A stretch of 64,000 nucleotides of DNA. It comes from Anthoceros angustus. Lineage: Eukaryota; Plantae; Anthocerotophyta. This document shows positions 48,356-64,000 of the stretch, in pieces. The stretch spans positions 262,109-326,108 of the forward strand of contig MU008209.1 of assembly GCA_010909165.1 (NCBI GenBank), read 5' to 3'. The first letter of the stretch is position 1. Each line of letters opens with the position of its first letter. The position numbers were made by a program, and so were the translations under genes. The notes under the pieces are model-generated. The model worked only from the letters and a program-made list of their open reading frames with translations, was not told the origin of the DNA and ran no database searches.

Positions 48356-51300
48356 CTAATTTGTCGACCAATCGGAATCGTAACCAAGACGTTGTGATTT
48401 ACATTGAGAGCTACTACTACTTGAGGAGGAATTTTGTGTCTTCTCCCTCTGCACCACAGGACTTGGCCCCATAAATATGGCAGACAATTTCACCTTTGGC
48501 GAGGATAATCTATCTTGTGTGCTTGGCGATGATGGCATGTTTTTTGGTGATGTTACATTGGATCCTCTTGGACTCATAGTTCCATCACTACGTTTGGAAT
48601 TTATCCTCAATAAAATGTCTTGCTTTTTCCTGCTATCAAGCTCTTCTAGTTTGGCATTTGCTACAGCCAACATATTAAGCCTTGGTACTCTACTTTTAGT
48701 GGATGATGATTGTGGAGTTTGTTGTTTTTGTTGATTTGGCAATATTTTCCTTTTCTCATATTTTGGTGATTTCTGCCCTTGATTAATCTGTAATCTAACA
48801 GACTCAAACATGGACAGAAATTGTCTTAATGTCTTGAATATCTCAATTGTCTTTTCTTGCTTTGGAACTTCCCCGAAGAATAGGGCTATATTATTAATTT
48901 TTTCAAGGACATTATGCAATAAAACCTCTAGCCCACAAATATTTTCATGAGTTTGCTCAGCAAACAAGGTCATTTTTTGAGTGAAGTTAATTTCAAAATC
49001 TGATTGATTTGTGCATTGTTTAATTTCTTCATTCACGGTGGTAAGACCTCGTTTGAGGTCATGTAACTTTTCTTGTACATCCCCTATATTTATGCTGGAT
49101 GCTTGCTTTACATCTTCAAAATCATGAGCTAATTTTCCAATCTGCATATAATGATCAATTTTAATCTATTGTTTTAATTTATTTTCTTACTCTATAAATA
49201 AATAACACCTAATGTGTCTCACCTCTGTGTCCTTTTTCAATAGCTCGGACACCACAAAGTGGAGAAGAGTAGTGTTGGTATTTTTCCCCTTTATATCCAT
49301 AAGCTTTAGTAAAGCATCTAATTTGAATCCACTTGCACATCCACGAAAGGATCCACCATTTAGATGGTTACCCACAACTAATACCATCTTCAAGATCTTC
49401 ACAAACTTTTTGCTACTTTTTAACTCAATACATGATTTCTCCAATATAGTAAGATCGTATTTAATCTGTTTCATGAATATCACCATAATTGATTATATTA
49501 ATTTCAATATTAAAATAGATATCCCTAAACATAATATATCCAAGAAAATTACAGATAGAACCCTACTTGTTCAATGGTTCTATTACATTGTGTTTTAAAC
49601 AACAATGCTATACTCTTATTTTTAAACCGTGGTATTTTCATCAACTCCATATAGTATCTAAAGAGCACGATTAAAGCAACAAGTCATAAAGCTATGTAGA
49701 TCATGTTGAAAATTTACAGCCATCCTTTTGAAGCATAAAGTGTTAAAAATTAATTCCTTACTTCTCAATTTCCGAGAGCTGAGATACGTCATCATTGTAA
49801 TCTTTCAATAGTTTCACATCCTCTTCACTAGGCATAGTACGACTCATTAGCTGAAGTACCTCATCGGTAAGCACAAGTTCATCCAACTCCAATAAAGCTT
49901 TGCAAAGTTCTGAGAGTGGCTTTCTTAAACTCATAAGTTGGATGCTCACATTATGTGCATGTTTTAAATCAATCACTCGAATTGGCTGAGCTCTTTTTGT
50001 CTTCGCTACTTCCTACAATTTGCATTCCGTGTTCTTTGCATTTATTTGTGTATACTTGCATGAGTTTCAAAATTCTAGAAAGTAGAAGAAACAATAGACC
50101 AACTTTCACATATCTATGTTTCTCTCTTACTATGTTCCTTGGTTTTGTGATTGTGATTGTGGGTGTGGATATAGCAAATAATAACTCAAGATTACTTGTG
50201 TCAAGTGTAACCTCTTCCAAGTGTGTGTCTTCCCATATTGTTTCTCTAGTTCTAGCTAAAGAAAGTTTATTCCAAATAAGAGGCTTCATTTTAGGTTTCT
50301 CCTCAATATTTTCATCCCCTATTTTGTTTTCAGGAGGTTTTAGGGGGCAAAGCTTTTTGGGAATCGATTTTAAGAGTGGTGGAGGTGGTGGAGGTGGCGG
50401 AGGTGGTGGAGGCGGCGGAGGTGGTGGAGGAGGTGGAGGTGGTGGAGGTGTAGCTGGTACAAGAGAGAGTGAAGCTCGTGGAGGGGAGGAGGTGGAGGCG
50501 GAGGTGGAGGCGGAGGTGGAGGTGGAGGTGGAGGCGGAGGTGGAGGAGGTGGAGGCAAGTCTAGATCTAGAAGAGTTGACGATGGCGAGAAAATCTTTTG
50601 CTCTTCTTCCTTGTAATCATCTATGTCAAGACAACATTGTTTTCCCTTAGCATGCAATGTTTTAGCTTCGGTGTAATTATTGAAAAATTGTTGATTTTCT
50701 ATAATAGTAGTAGATTGTTGGACACAAACATTGCATGGAAAGTTCTCATTGATAGTAAATACATTCCGAGATTTTGACATACTTTGGTCCATTGTAGGAC
50801 AATTAATTTCAATGTCATAGATATTTGACTCAAGGGCTTCACGCATTATTGGTTTGGATGGAGTTGAATCTCTTAATTCTTTAGCAAGAATGGATAGATC
50901 CTCATCGAAAGTTAAGGATGAAGTAGGGATCCCAAAAGATGATAACCAAAGTGTCTTTTTTGAAACAAAATCTAATTTTTCTTTGTCATTTTTCTCTAGG
51001 CTGCTTATATTTGTTTCACATGATGGATTCTCAAATGTTTTAGGATTAAAATGCATAATATTGGACTCTAGTGATTGGAATGAAGACAATAGAGAAGTTC
51101 TTTGTGATTCATAACATAAACTTTCCGACACTAAAGCTGATTCTGCAACCATGTGAGACTCATTGTTTATATGAGATGGAGATGTGTGAGTTGAGTTCGC
51201 ATTGCTCATATTCTCCCCATGATCTTGATGATTCATATTCTGTACGTTGTATGAATTTGCATTGCACATATTCTCCTGATATTCTTGATGATGCATACTT

Positions 51301-53628
51301 TGTGAGTGTAGTATACTATTAGCATGTAATGACTCTTGGAACGAGCAAGTGCTAGGCAGTTCTTCACATTGTTTACAGTATCGTTTATGGTTATGGTTCT
51401 TCTTGCTAGATCCTGTGAGGGTACAAATACGAGGTTTTGGATTAGTATCTGAAGAACAAAACACTCTCAATAAGTGGAAAGAAATATATTTTTATTTCTA
51501 GGTAGTCAATTTATGTTTCCTTGTGAGTGATTAATTTTGTTAATGAATATACTTTATCTTTCAAGCTTACTGTTGTTTTGAAGTTGAATTGGTGCAAGCT
51601 CCAGTTCCATGTTGCTTAAAATTTTCTCATTAGGTTTTTGGAATCCAGACATATTGTAATCAAAATCTGGTCTTACTTCACAAGATTGTTTTGCACTCTT
51701 TCTATATGATCTTTTGGTTTTTGATTTGAATTTGTCATATATATAATTATGACAAGGAGATTGTTTCTCCTTGTAACCAGTTGTTTCTTTCTTTTTAGCA
51801 GTTTTTTTATAGCCTACAGATACTCCGGAATTGGAGCACTCCTTATTATTTTTAAGCAATGGCACTTGAGCCGTTATTCTATCTTGTAATTTGTTTCTCA
51901 TTGGTAAAATGGGATCACAAGAAATGTTATTTGTATTAGCTCCTTCTTGGTTAACTGGTATGATTTTTCGTGGTGCTGAATAGGTCTGAGGTTTTGGTAG
52001 TGTAGCATAAATCTGATAAGGTGTGTCTTTTTCCACTTGTATGGGTACTTTTATTGAGGTTAAAGTTGAATTTATCAAAGGCATAATACTGCAATCATTT
52101 TTAGAGTTGAAACATTGAAAATCCTGCACAAAGTTATTTTATTAAAACATGTTGCTATGAAAATAAATTAAAGTTCTATGCATCAATAACGTCAATACAT
52201 CAAACGTGAAGAGAATTATTGCCATACTCACAGTTTTTTGTTTGCTACTAATGTTTTCCAGTTTTACAGGACATGGAAAAATAAGCTCCAAGGCTGAATA
52301 TGAGTGAAATGTAGCTCTTCCATTCAAAAATAAATAGTTCCATTCATCCATCAGGATATTGACAAAAATAGTTGTTGCATGTAACTTAGTGCTATCTTTT
52401 TCGTCCATGCTAGTCTAACATTCAAAACCAAAGCATTATTGCAAGCATATGTAGAAACCATGAGAAAAAGATTAGATATAGATTGGTTTAAGCAAGTGCT
52501 CACTTTGGTGATGTCCATGAAACTTCACATTAAAATATCTAGTTGATTACTATGAAGGATACTTTGAAAAATAGGCATACACTAAAGAAACTACCTGGTA
52601 TTCGCACTATTTTCGGTTTTGCCCATAAGCAACGGCCCAAACAAAGAACCCAAATGTAGTTTTGTTAATGGTTCCCATGCTTTACTTGACGTACTCAGTT
52701 TGTTCAGCATATATATTAAATCTTTCAATAGTGCAAATTTCAAAGAAGGTAGACGTTGTAGAAGAACTCGCATAGTGTAAATTCGTGAATGCTGTAGAGG
52801 TACACCTACTATCACACATATCAATCATCAAGATATTATTTTCAATAGCTACAATTCTAACAAAAGATCACCATTTGGGACACTCTTTGAGATAATAAAA
52901 TAAAATCTATTTCCTATAAAAATATTGAAATATCTTTTTAGATTAGAAAAATTTAAATGAGAAAACATGTTTCTTACAATTTACCAGTGGCTGAAATAAA
53001 AAGATTGTGAATTGGTGCCAGCAAAGACCCATTGAGTTCTTTCAAGTATAATATGATACCCTCAGCAAGAGTATAAGGACTCCATGGTACCAAATTAGAG
53101 CAAGCTTTTCCTTGGTCAAAAATAGCTTTGTAGTGCTTTCCATGCTCCAAAACAGTACCGTGCTCTAAGGTTCAAAACACAGGGATCAAAAAATCATCAC
53201 CATTTCTAGCCTTGTGATACTAAAATGAAAAGGATATGGTATTTGCGTATGCAAGGATGCAAACCATAACAACCTTTAGCAATATCTACGAGGAACTCTC
53301 TTTTGAATTGAGTGAATTCCACAGAGGGTGCTGGTGTGAAAAATAATCCATTCAGACTTTGTGATCCTATGAAGAAGAGCATGACAAGAGTATAAATCAT
53401 AAAATCACCATATAAGAGTTCTATGCAGTAATAATTTGCTGTGACATATATCATCAACAAAGTTTTGAAATGTTACAGCTATGTAAGAAAGGAGATAGTA
53501 AGAATACCCAATGATAATAGGCAAGCTATGAGCTTTTGCAATCCCACATACAAATTCCAAGCAAGATGTGAATCATTATAGAACCTTTCTTCAAACTCAA
53601 ACCACTTTTCTGAATGTTGTAAATCCAT
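48356..53628 (-). CDS. Class III formin: N-terminal RhoGAP-like domain, polyproline FH1 and FH2; start uncertain (53628 or further upstream near 53928); apparent 1-bp frameshift near 50485
   Basis: FH2 motifs MKPLIWNKL, IDLKHAHNVSIQL and KILKMVLVVGNHLNGGSFRGCASGFKLDALLKLMDIK. Polyproline tracts at 50377-50556. RhoGAP-like exons: LNGLFFTPA, PYTLAEGIILYLKEL, LLQRLPSLKFALLKDLIYML, LGSLFGPLLM, ILMDEWNYLF. Confidence 0.82.
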
Positions 53629-54408
53629 ACTCAAAGAAGGCTACCACAATCACTTAATTAAATTGTGTGCACGATGGAATATTTTATATTCTGAACAAAA
53701 ATCTTATACATTTTATAGTTTTGATTTCTATCTCATTTGTGGAAGCTGTAATCTTAATCCAGAATATTTCTTTGATCTTCTACAAGTAGCTTGTGCTATA
53801 GCTATTGTGATAAATGGATCATCACTTCTTATCACCTCTACCATCACAATATGAAATCCTGGTTTTCCTTCAAGCCCTTTCTTTTCAACGTATGCCATAT
53901 GAGAAATGCATCCTACCTTTGAGCTCATCCATGGTGTACGCTCTCAAAGTGGGAAGCATCTCACAAGGTTTATAAATGAAGAAGAAAGGGTATAAATCGC
54001 TCTTTGAAACGCAGGTGACCTGGTCCCAAACTTTGTTACCAACTACCTGACATGTGAAGCGAAGTGAAGTGAAATCCGTTAAGAATTGAGAACAATTCTT
54101 TTACCCTTCACACCGCAGCTATTTATAGGTCCCGAGATGCCACCAGCGTGCAATCTCCAAGTTGATGTCAGAGTGGAGCAAAGCGTTGTGGTGTGGGCAG
54201 GGCAGCGCAGCATCGGATCATCGGATCCGCGTCCGGAGCGTTTCCTTGCAATTGCGCCCCCTCAGCTCCCTACTTGCAACATTCTTGGTGCATTCGAGGT
54301 AGAGTAGGTTGTGGGTTTTTGTGGGCGGTAGAGTATCGTCTGCATCCGCGGCAGCTGGACCCAGCGCAGAGCAGCGGACTTCGGCCCAGTTCAGCGATCT
54401 AAGAAACA

Positions 54409-57400
54409 ATGGCGGCTGGGGCGACGTGCGCTCTCCAGGCGGGAGTGGCCCTGGTGCACGATTGCAGCAGGGCGGACGCCTCGGGGGCGTCGCGTCCCAG
54501 CTTCGGCAAGCCCGGAGCGTCTTTCTTTTGCGGGGCCGGGGTGGAGGGCAGCGCGGCCTCGCCCAAGCTGCTCCCCAGCCGGGGAGGCTGGGACTCCCCC
54601 CCCCTCATCCTCAGGTTCCCGCCCAACTTCGTGCGGCAGCTCAGCATCAAGGCGCGCCGCAACTGCAGCAACATCGGGGTGGCGCAGGTGGTGGCGGCGT
54701 CTGCCACGGATGTGCCCGCCGGCAAGACCTTCTGCGAGGATGTGCCGGATGCCGCCGTCGTGGGGGCTGCTGACACTGCCGCCGCAGTGGTGGCCCCTGC
54801 GCCCGCGGATATCCGGCTCAGCGAGGCCGGCAAGGTCGGCAACGGGGCTGCGACGAGGAGCAAATCCAAGTGCAGCACCCTCGCTGTGCACGGAGGTCTG
54901 CGATCTTGCCCCTGGTTTAGTGTTCTGGGCGGTGGTGGAATTCGGAGGGCGGGGTTTGGAATTGGTTGGATTCTTGGCCGGGCTGAGGATTTGCTTCTTC
55001 TTGCTTGAGCTTCTTGGGTTCTGGTTCGGGGATCTCTGTTGCCCAGCAAGCGCATTGTGGGGAACCTACTTGGGATGAGTGGTGGGCGCAGTGGGTCCTT
55101 TTTAGGCCTTGTGGTTTTGTTGGGTGCTTGTGTTAGGCTGTTTCTTGCCCCAAAGTGTCCGTCACTTTCTTTGGGTGCAGGTTAGGAGTTCTGGATGTGG
55201 AGTGAGCACCTAGCAATGCTCTGTCTTGCAAGTGGCTTTTCATGTCCTAGCGGCGATTCAGCGGCGTTTCTGTGATACTTCCGGCAAGGAAGTCTGAAAG
55301 AACTGTCAAGCATAGTACTTGGATTGAGTTGTTAGACGGGTGACCGTGATGCTGTATCTGAATGCCGTTTCTGTCGTTTTTTGTTGTTATTTGAAGGTGA
55401 AGGAGAAGGACGACCCAATGTGTCCGATTCTCTCACAACACCGATTGTGCAGACATCCACTTACACATTTAGGAAAACTGACGAGCTCATTGCCTTTCAG
55501 GTATGTTGTTTACTTGCGCAGTAGTTTTACAGCTCCCCTGCACGTTTCGGGGCTGTACTAGAGATGTTGTGGTGATTTTTTCCTTATCGTTTTGGAGACA
55601 GGATGGAAAGCACAAGAGCTTTGAATATGGACGATATGGCAATCCCACAACTCATACAGCTGAGGAGAAGATCACGTATGGCACCTCTATGCCTTATCCA
55701 CTTAGACCTCAATTCCCTTTTTTGCTGCATTCAATTGGGAGTTGCAGATCTGTTAAAATTCGTATTTTATGTTGTGTCCAGTGCTCTTGAAGGGGCTGAG
55801 ACAACGTTGTTGTTAGCATCTGGTATGTGCGCTGCAACGACCATGCTGTTGGCCCTTGTTCCTGCCGGTGGGCGCATTGTCACCACCACAGATTGCTATA
55901 GGAGAACCCGGCAATTTATCCAGACATTTCTTCCCAAGTTGGGAATTAAGGCATGTCGTTTTCTGTGCATACCAATTTTTCAGTACTTGTGTCAGCGTCT
56001 TATATTTCTCAATCTAACGTTCTGGATGGTTGTCTTTGAGAAGGAATTTTGACATTTCTTACCTTGCTGCTGCAGGTCACTGTTATTAACCCAGATGACC
56101 TGAATTCCCTAAAGACTGCCTTGGAGGGAGACCAGGTGCGTTTGGCATGTCTGGCATAGAAGGGCTTGACATGGTTTCCTTCTACATATTTCACTGCACT
56201 TAATGGATGTGTTCTGTTGTTATGTAGGTGTCTCTATTCTTTTCAGAGTCACCAACAAATCCTTACCTGCGGTGTATTGATATCCCTCTTGTTGCTGAGC
56301 TCTGTCATCGCAAGGGTGCTTTAGTCTGCATTGATGGCACATTTGCAACGCCCGTCAATCAGAAGTCTCTCGCCCTTGGTGCAGACCTTGTTCTGCATTC
56401 CGCAACCAAGTACTTGGCTGGTCACAATGATGTAAGTTTTCACTCTCTTCCTGACTAGTTTGTGATGGGTCCTCATGTGCAGTTTTTGTCATGTTCAGCT
56501 CAGTGCCTGCATCGGCTCATGTGTGCCACCTGCAGGTGCTGGCTGGGAGTATCAGCGGGTCAAAGAAACTTGTTCAGGATGTGCGAAACTTGCACAACAT
56601 GATGGGTGGTGTTGTCGACCCTGTATGTTTCAAATCTCTTGGCTTGTTGCTCTTTGTTTTGAAGAAGTTCAGAGACTGACTTCCTCGGTCTACATGTGCA
56701 GCATGCTGCCTACCTTATTCTCAGAGGTATGAAAACACTACATGTGCGTGTCGAGAAGCAGAATCAAACTGCAATGAAGCTTGCGCGTGCTTTGGAGGCC
56801 CACCCCAAGGTTTCACCTCTACTCCTCTCCCCAGTGATGGTGCTCGTCCGGTGTGCATGGCTCTCATGGCTCGTCCGGGTTTCTTCATCGTTTCAGGTTC
56901 TTCATGTACATTATCCCGGCCTGGAAAGTCATCCAGAGCATCACATTGCCAAGCGCCAGATGTCTGGCTTTGGTGGTGTTGTAAGTTTTGAGGTAAGATT
57001 TGCGTGTCTTGTAATGGAAGAACCTGTGGGATTGGTGGCGATGTCATGCGTCCTGACCACGTCCTTCTTGTTCACTGATGCAGCTAAAGGGAGACCTAAA
57101 ATATACTTCCAATTTCATTGATGGCCTTCGAATTCCATACATTGCTCCATCCCTTGGAGGATGTGAGTCTCTCGTTGAGCAGCCCACAATAATCTCTTAC
57201 TGGTAAGAATGCGTGACAGATTCACCTTCTTCGTCTTCACTTCAGCTGTGGTTTCCTGGTTTGGTTGTGCCAAAATCTTGAATCGAGTGTTCCTACTATG
57301 GTGCAGGGATCAGTCGGAGGAAGACAGGGCTAAATTGGGTATCAAAGACAACTTGGTCCGTTTCAGCTGTGGAATTGAGGATTACGACGATATCTACAAG

Positions 57401-57430
57401 GATGTGGTGCAGTCTCTCGCTGCCCTGTAG
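54409..57430 (+). CDS. CGS1: Cystathionine gamma-synthase, chloroplastic, 11 exons, with MTO1 region
   Basis: Transit peptide followed by [67 protein letters not shown] (PLP Lys), SLGGCESL and LVRFSCGIED. Confidence 0.95.
54601..54702 (+). promoter_or_regulatory. MTO1 nascent-peptide element (SAM-dependent ribosome arrest and mRNA decay) in CGS exon 1
   Basis: Encodes PLILRFPPNFVRQLSIKARRNCSNIGVAQVVAAS, matching the plant CGS1 MTO1 motif RRNCSNIGVAQ. Confidence 0.88.
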
Positions 57431-57715
57431 GTGGGATCGCAAGTTGTGAGCAGCTTTCGGGATCTAGAAGTGGTACAAATGGCTGCTGAGTGTAGATTAT
57501 GTGCGTGCTACTGCGTGGTGGGCTTACGAATTTATAGTGAGCAGTTTGGCATTGCCAATCGGAGTTGCAATTCTGAAATTTGGATAAGGCTAATAGCATT
57601 TCACGGTCAAGTTGAACTCACCGTCACAGAATCAATCAGACAAACAGAGGGAGTAAAAGAATCAGTCATACTACGACATCCTTACAATTCCAGCCATTTT
57701 CGCACTTCGATTTTC

Positions 57716-58503
57716 ATTTAGGGTTTCCCACCAAAAACTGATAATTCTGAAACAGCTGGTGGACACCAAACGTTGAGGAAAAGCTAGCGCTACATGACCG
57801 GAAGCCAGACAACGATTTCGGCACACACAGCAGACTACTATCCAAAGGGTGGCACTATCGTATGTTGCACCATGGATTGAACTCCCTGTCACAGGCTTTG
57901 ACCTCCAGAGGTTCACCACCTAAAGTTGATGCGAGCTCTACCTCGAGCGGACGAGAGACCGACTCATCAAAAGTCATCAGCCTCTGCTTTTAGCCCAGGA
58001 GACAAGACAACCTACCATCGCATACCAAGAAGACAGTACACCAGGAAGAGGCCGTCATATCGTCCTCCTATCGGCACAACCAGAAGGTTGCTACGTCCCG
58101 AAAGATGGTAATTTTAGAGCAATTTCTAATCATCGGCCCATGGGAAAGGCAAGACACACACAAGCCCGGATTACACAAGAAAGCGGAGAGACACAGCACC
58201 GTCACCGACAACCGGAATCAATGAAACGGACTACATGCAGGGACATGACAACGCCAAGATGTAGCCCGCGTTGGTGGATACTCATCAGGCTGCTTCAGAC
58301 TCTGCTGGCTGCAGTCATCCGACACAGCGGCCACGGCTCCCACGCGAGCGCAGCTGGGGTGGCCCAAGACAAGGCGTTGCTGGCACCTAGGAGGCGCTGG
58401 AGGCGAGCAACGCGGGGAACAGCCGTGAAGAGAACGAAAACAGACCGCTCTGAAGTGAGCGCGATGAACCTCTTTATAGGGAGGCTAAACCCTAAACCCT
58501 AAT
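57716..58503. mobile_element. Putative insertion between the CGS copies, bounded by inverted telomere-like/telo-box motifs
   Basis: TTTAGGGTTT at 57717-57726 and CTAAACCCTAAACCCTAAT at 58485-58503. The interior shows no similarity to the CGS1 upstream region. Confidence 0.3.
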
Positions 58504-58796
58504 CGAGACACCCAGAGGATGCCATGGCTGCATGGGGACATGGGAGCGGATGGAAGACATCGTTATGGCCCCGGTGCAAAACCGTGTCAGTGGGCCCCAC
58601 ACATGGCCACTTGGCTGTTCCTACTAGCCGCTGCTTCCCAAGCTCTGCATCATCTGACCAGGAGACAAGCCGATGCATGTCTGTTAGTAGATGGGCAACC
58701 GGTTCTGGGCTGTGGGTTTTGATGAGGGTTTGTTATTGGTCGGAGCTTGTGATCGCCAGCAGCCGAAGAAGGGCACGAATGTCTACGTAGCTAGGC

Positions 58797-61504
<2,708 letters not shown>

Positions 61505-61837
61505 ATATCAACGTGGTCATGAAGTTGAGTGCAGCCTTCTGGGCTCCATGTAAATGTACCAAGGGCTGCTGAGTGCACATTAAATGGATGGAATGAATCG
61601 ACTGTATAATCTCCTTTTTGCAAAGTTTTGTGCGCTATTACGATCCGGGGCTGTAGACCTGAAGACGCATTATGGATTGTTTTTAAATTAAACTAGTGAT
61701 AACAAGCTTTTTGTCAATATAATAACAAGCTGATTATTTAATATGATGTATATTGTATATATTATATTTATGATATCTGTATTAACGTAATGATGTAATG
61801 CTCGCGTCATCTGACCAATCTTACATGGCCAGCTCTG

Positions 61838-62120
61838 CTATCTTACATGTCTTCCTACCATTTCCATCTTATATATCTAAGTCTATCATCTTACATAGCT
61901 TCTTATATATATAGTCATTTTACATGTTTTCTTAGCATCTCCATTTTACATATCCAACTCCGCCATCTTACATATCTTCTTACATATCTGGTTATCGCAT
62001 TGCTTGACTATAGCCATCTTACATATCGAGTTCCACCATCTTACATATCCTGACTATCCCATCTTACTGACTATCCCATCTTACATATCTTGCTCATCCC
62101 ATCTTACATATCTTGCTCAG
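61838..62120. repeat. Degenerate repeat array of CATCTTACATAT(C)
   Basis: About 8-10 copies or variants are visible. Confidence 0.75.
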
Positions 62121-62867
62121 GATCTAATGCTTTTGCACTTTTGATACGGTCTTGAATTCCTTACCTCCATTGGTCATTCGATGTTTCTACAACGCATCCA
62201 ATACATTTGAACTTTTATATTAGATTGAATCAACATATGATTGTACAATTCTGAACTAAAGTCATGCATAAAACTAAGGACCCATAGGGACTTGATAGTT
62301 CATTTTCAATTCACCCAATGGGTAACTTGTTTCAATTAGTATGTTGTCAGCTAACATAATGAAACTACCAACCAAAATTGATTCAAGCACGTTTTGATCC
62401 GAAAATCTACTTTTCGATATAATTTCATTTGCATTCATAACAATAAAATATCAAAAATAATAATTTAATTAAAATTAAAATCATAAGTAAAAAAGAGTAA
62501 AGAGTAGAAAATAAAACGGATTATTCAACTAGTTCGCGAATGAACTCTATAAACTACATTTAGAACCGTCCATCCCCAGGGATCCTAAATTGGGCTAATA
62601 TACGATTAGTTCCATGTAGCTCTATATCCAGTTTTGTGTCTCGCGCTCTGTCTAGCTTCGTATCTTGCACCCCAAGCTCTTGCATCGTGTGACTGGGCTC
62701 TCCCTAGATAAATACTTATCCACTAATCGCTTAGCCATAAAGCAACGGACATGACAAAAACATTTGACGGTACTAGTGTTAACAAAGTTACAAACATAAC
62801 ACACACACACAAAACTGTGAGAGCTACATCCTCTCTACTTGCAAAGCAAAAGTCACAAACATAAAAA

Positions 62868-64000
62868 CCCTACTAGAAATGGGCACCCTATGTTACACTT
62901 TATGTTAAGATTTGGACCCTGGATGTAACACTCATGTTGCAAGTTTGGGGTCATGTAACACTTTTTGGGCCCCTTATTACACTCCGGCTTGGAAACCATA
63001 CCACGGCTGTTGTTGCATCATGTTGCAATGGTGTTGCAATTATGTTAAGATGAAGTGAGAGGTGGTTTTGCCCTCTCTCAAAATTGCAACATGATTGCAA
63101 CATCTAAAGTGTTACAAGAGAGGTCTTGTAACACTTTTGGAGGCTTAATGCGAACCTCCTCCCCATCCACCATTGCCCTTTTACTTTTGCCCTTTGAAAT
63201 ACCACGTTTTACTTGGCTCAGGTCAAACCTAAGGGTCGAAAAATTATTATTATCTCCAAGGGCCAAGGACCATTCCATAAAAGACGACTCATGATTCTCA
63301 AAGCACTTTGCTATTCTAACACATCCAAAACAAAAATCGTTCATCACGACACTTGGGAGCGGGGTTAGTGCATGTGGTCTTCCACGATTTGAGCATTCCT
63401 CATAGGTATGTCTGGAATATTCTGATGCAGACGGGTTTCCGGAGGGATTGTTGTACCTCTTCCTCTACTAGGGTAAGTACCTGATAATTGCCCGTCCACG
63501 GTGTAATGTCCTCGCATGCCGCGGCCCCTACCCTGACCGCTGTAAAATAGGCGGAGGAAGCTTCTCCAGCGTAAAAGTGTTGGATAATTTGTGTCTTGCT
63601 TCTTACATAGCATAGAGCTAATAACTTTGTTGAATGTCGAGTTACTCCTTGAAGGGCGCACAACACTAACCCAGGACTCGAGCGTGCGTGGAAAGTAGTG
63701 CAGAAAGATCTTGGTGAGGCGAATCGGTGGCGAATTTTGTTGACCACGCTGGAAGTGCATATTATGTTATCGGACGATCTCCCCTCTTGCATGCGCAGTA
63801 AGAAGTGTTTGATGGTGTATGCGGTGTGCATAATATACGTAGCATAGATATCGTGCAATTGTGACTGACCCCTACTGCGATGTCTGTGTTTTTGATCATT
63901 TGGACATTCCAGCGCATAGCTTTGGATGATCACGTTGCGTGCTTGTTGATTGGCGTCTTGTCCTCCTTTTCTTTTCGTTGTTGGTTGGGTAGGCTATGGG
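62868..64000. mobile_element. Possible end of a CACTA-like DNA transposon
   Basis: CCCTACTAGAAAT resembles a CACTA terminus and is followed by repeated TGTTACAC/TGTAACAC/TGTTGCA motifs in both orientations. No transposase was recognised and the other end is not in the window. Confidence 0.3.

Noticed and set aside
49955-50650. Plus-strand glycine-rich 231-aa ORF
   Set aside because: Antisense reading of the formin polyproline FH1 region.
63055-63933. ORFs at the end of the window as host genes
   Set aside because: No recognisable motifs, interrupted frames, and a probable transposon context.

Overview
Eukaryotic, gene-dense plant nuclear DNA with short (~80-130 bp) introns. A hornwort (Anthocerotophyta) is the most likely source, inferred from an intronless neochrome, a WW-type PLS-PPR and a class III formin. 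Genes in order: a probably inactive P0/G6PD4-type glucose-6-phosphate dehydrogenase (+), PEX22 (-), a degenerate TE region, an eL20z/L18a-like small membrane protein (-), organellar leucyl-tRNA synthetase (+), a PLS-PPR with truncated WW-type DYW (+), bifunctional FAD synthase (+), NEOCHROME (-), a head-to-head F-box gene (+), an SGF73/ataxin-7 SCA7 protein (+), a RhoGAP-like class III formin (-) and two tandem cystathionine gamma-synthase genes (+). The neochrome is a phytochrome PAS-GAF-PHY fused to phototropin LOV1-LOV2-kinase, and its LOV1 photoactive Cys is replaced by Pro. The second CGS copy has an intact reading frame but has lost the transit peptide and the SAM-sensing MTO1 peptide and carries active-site changes. 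The first ~27 kb contains staggered, near-identical tandem duplications with scattered single-base indels, which look like long-read assembly artefacts. Single-base frameshifts elsewhere, mostly in homopolymers, should therefore be treated with caution. Exon boundaries were read by eye and no database searches were run.
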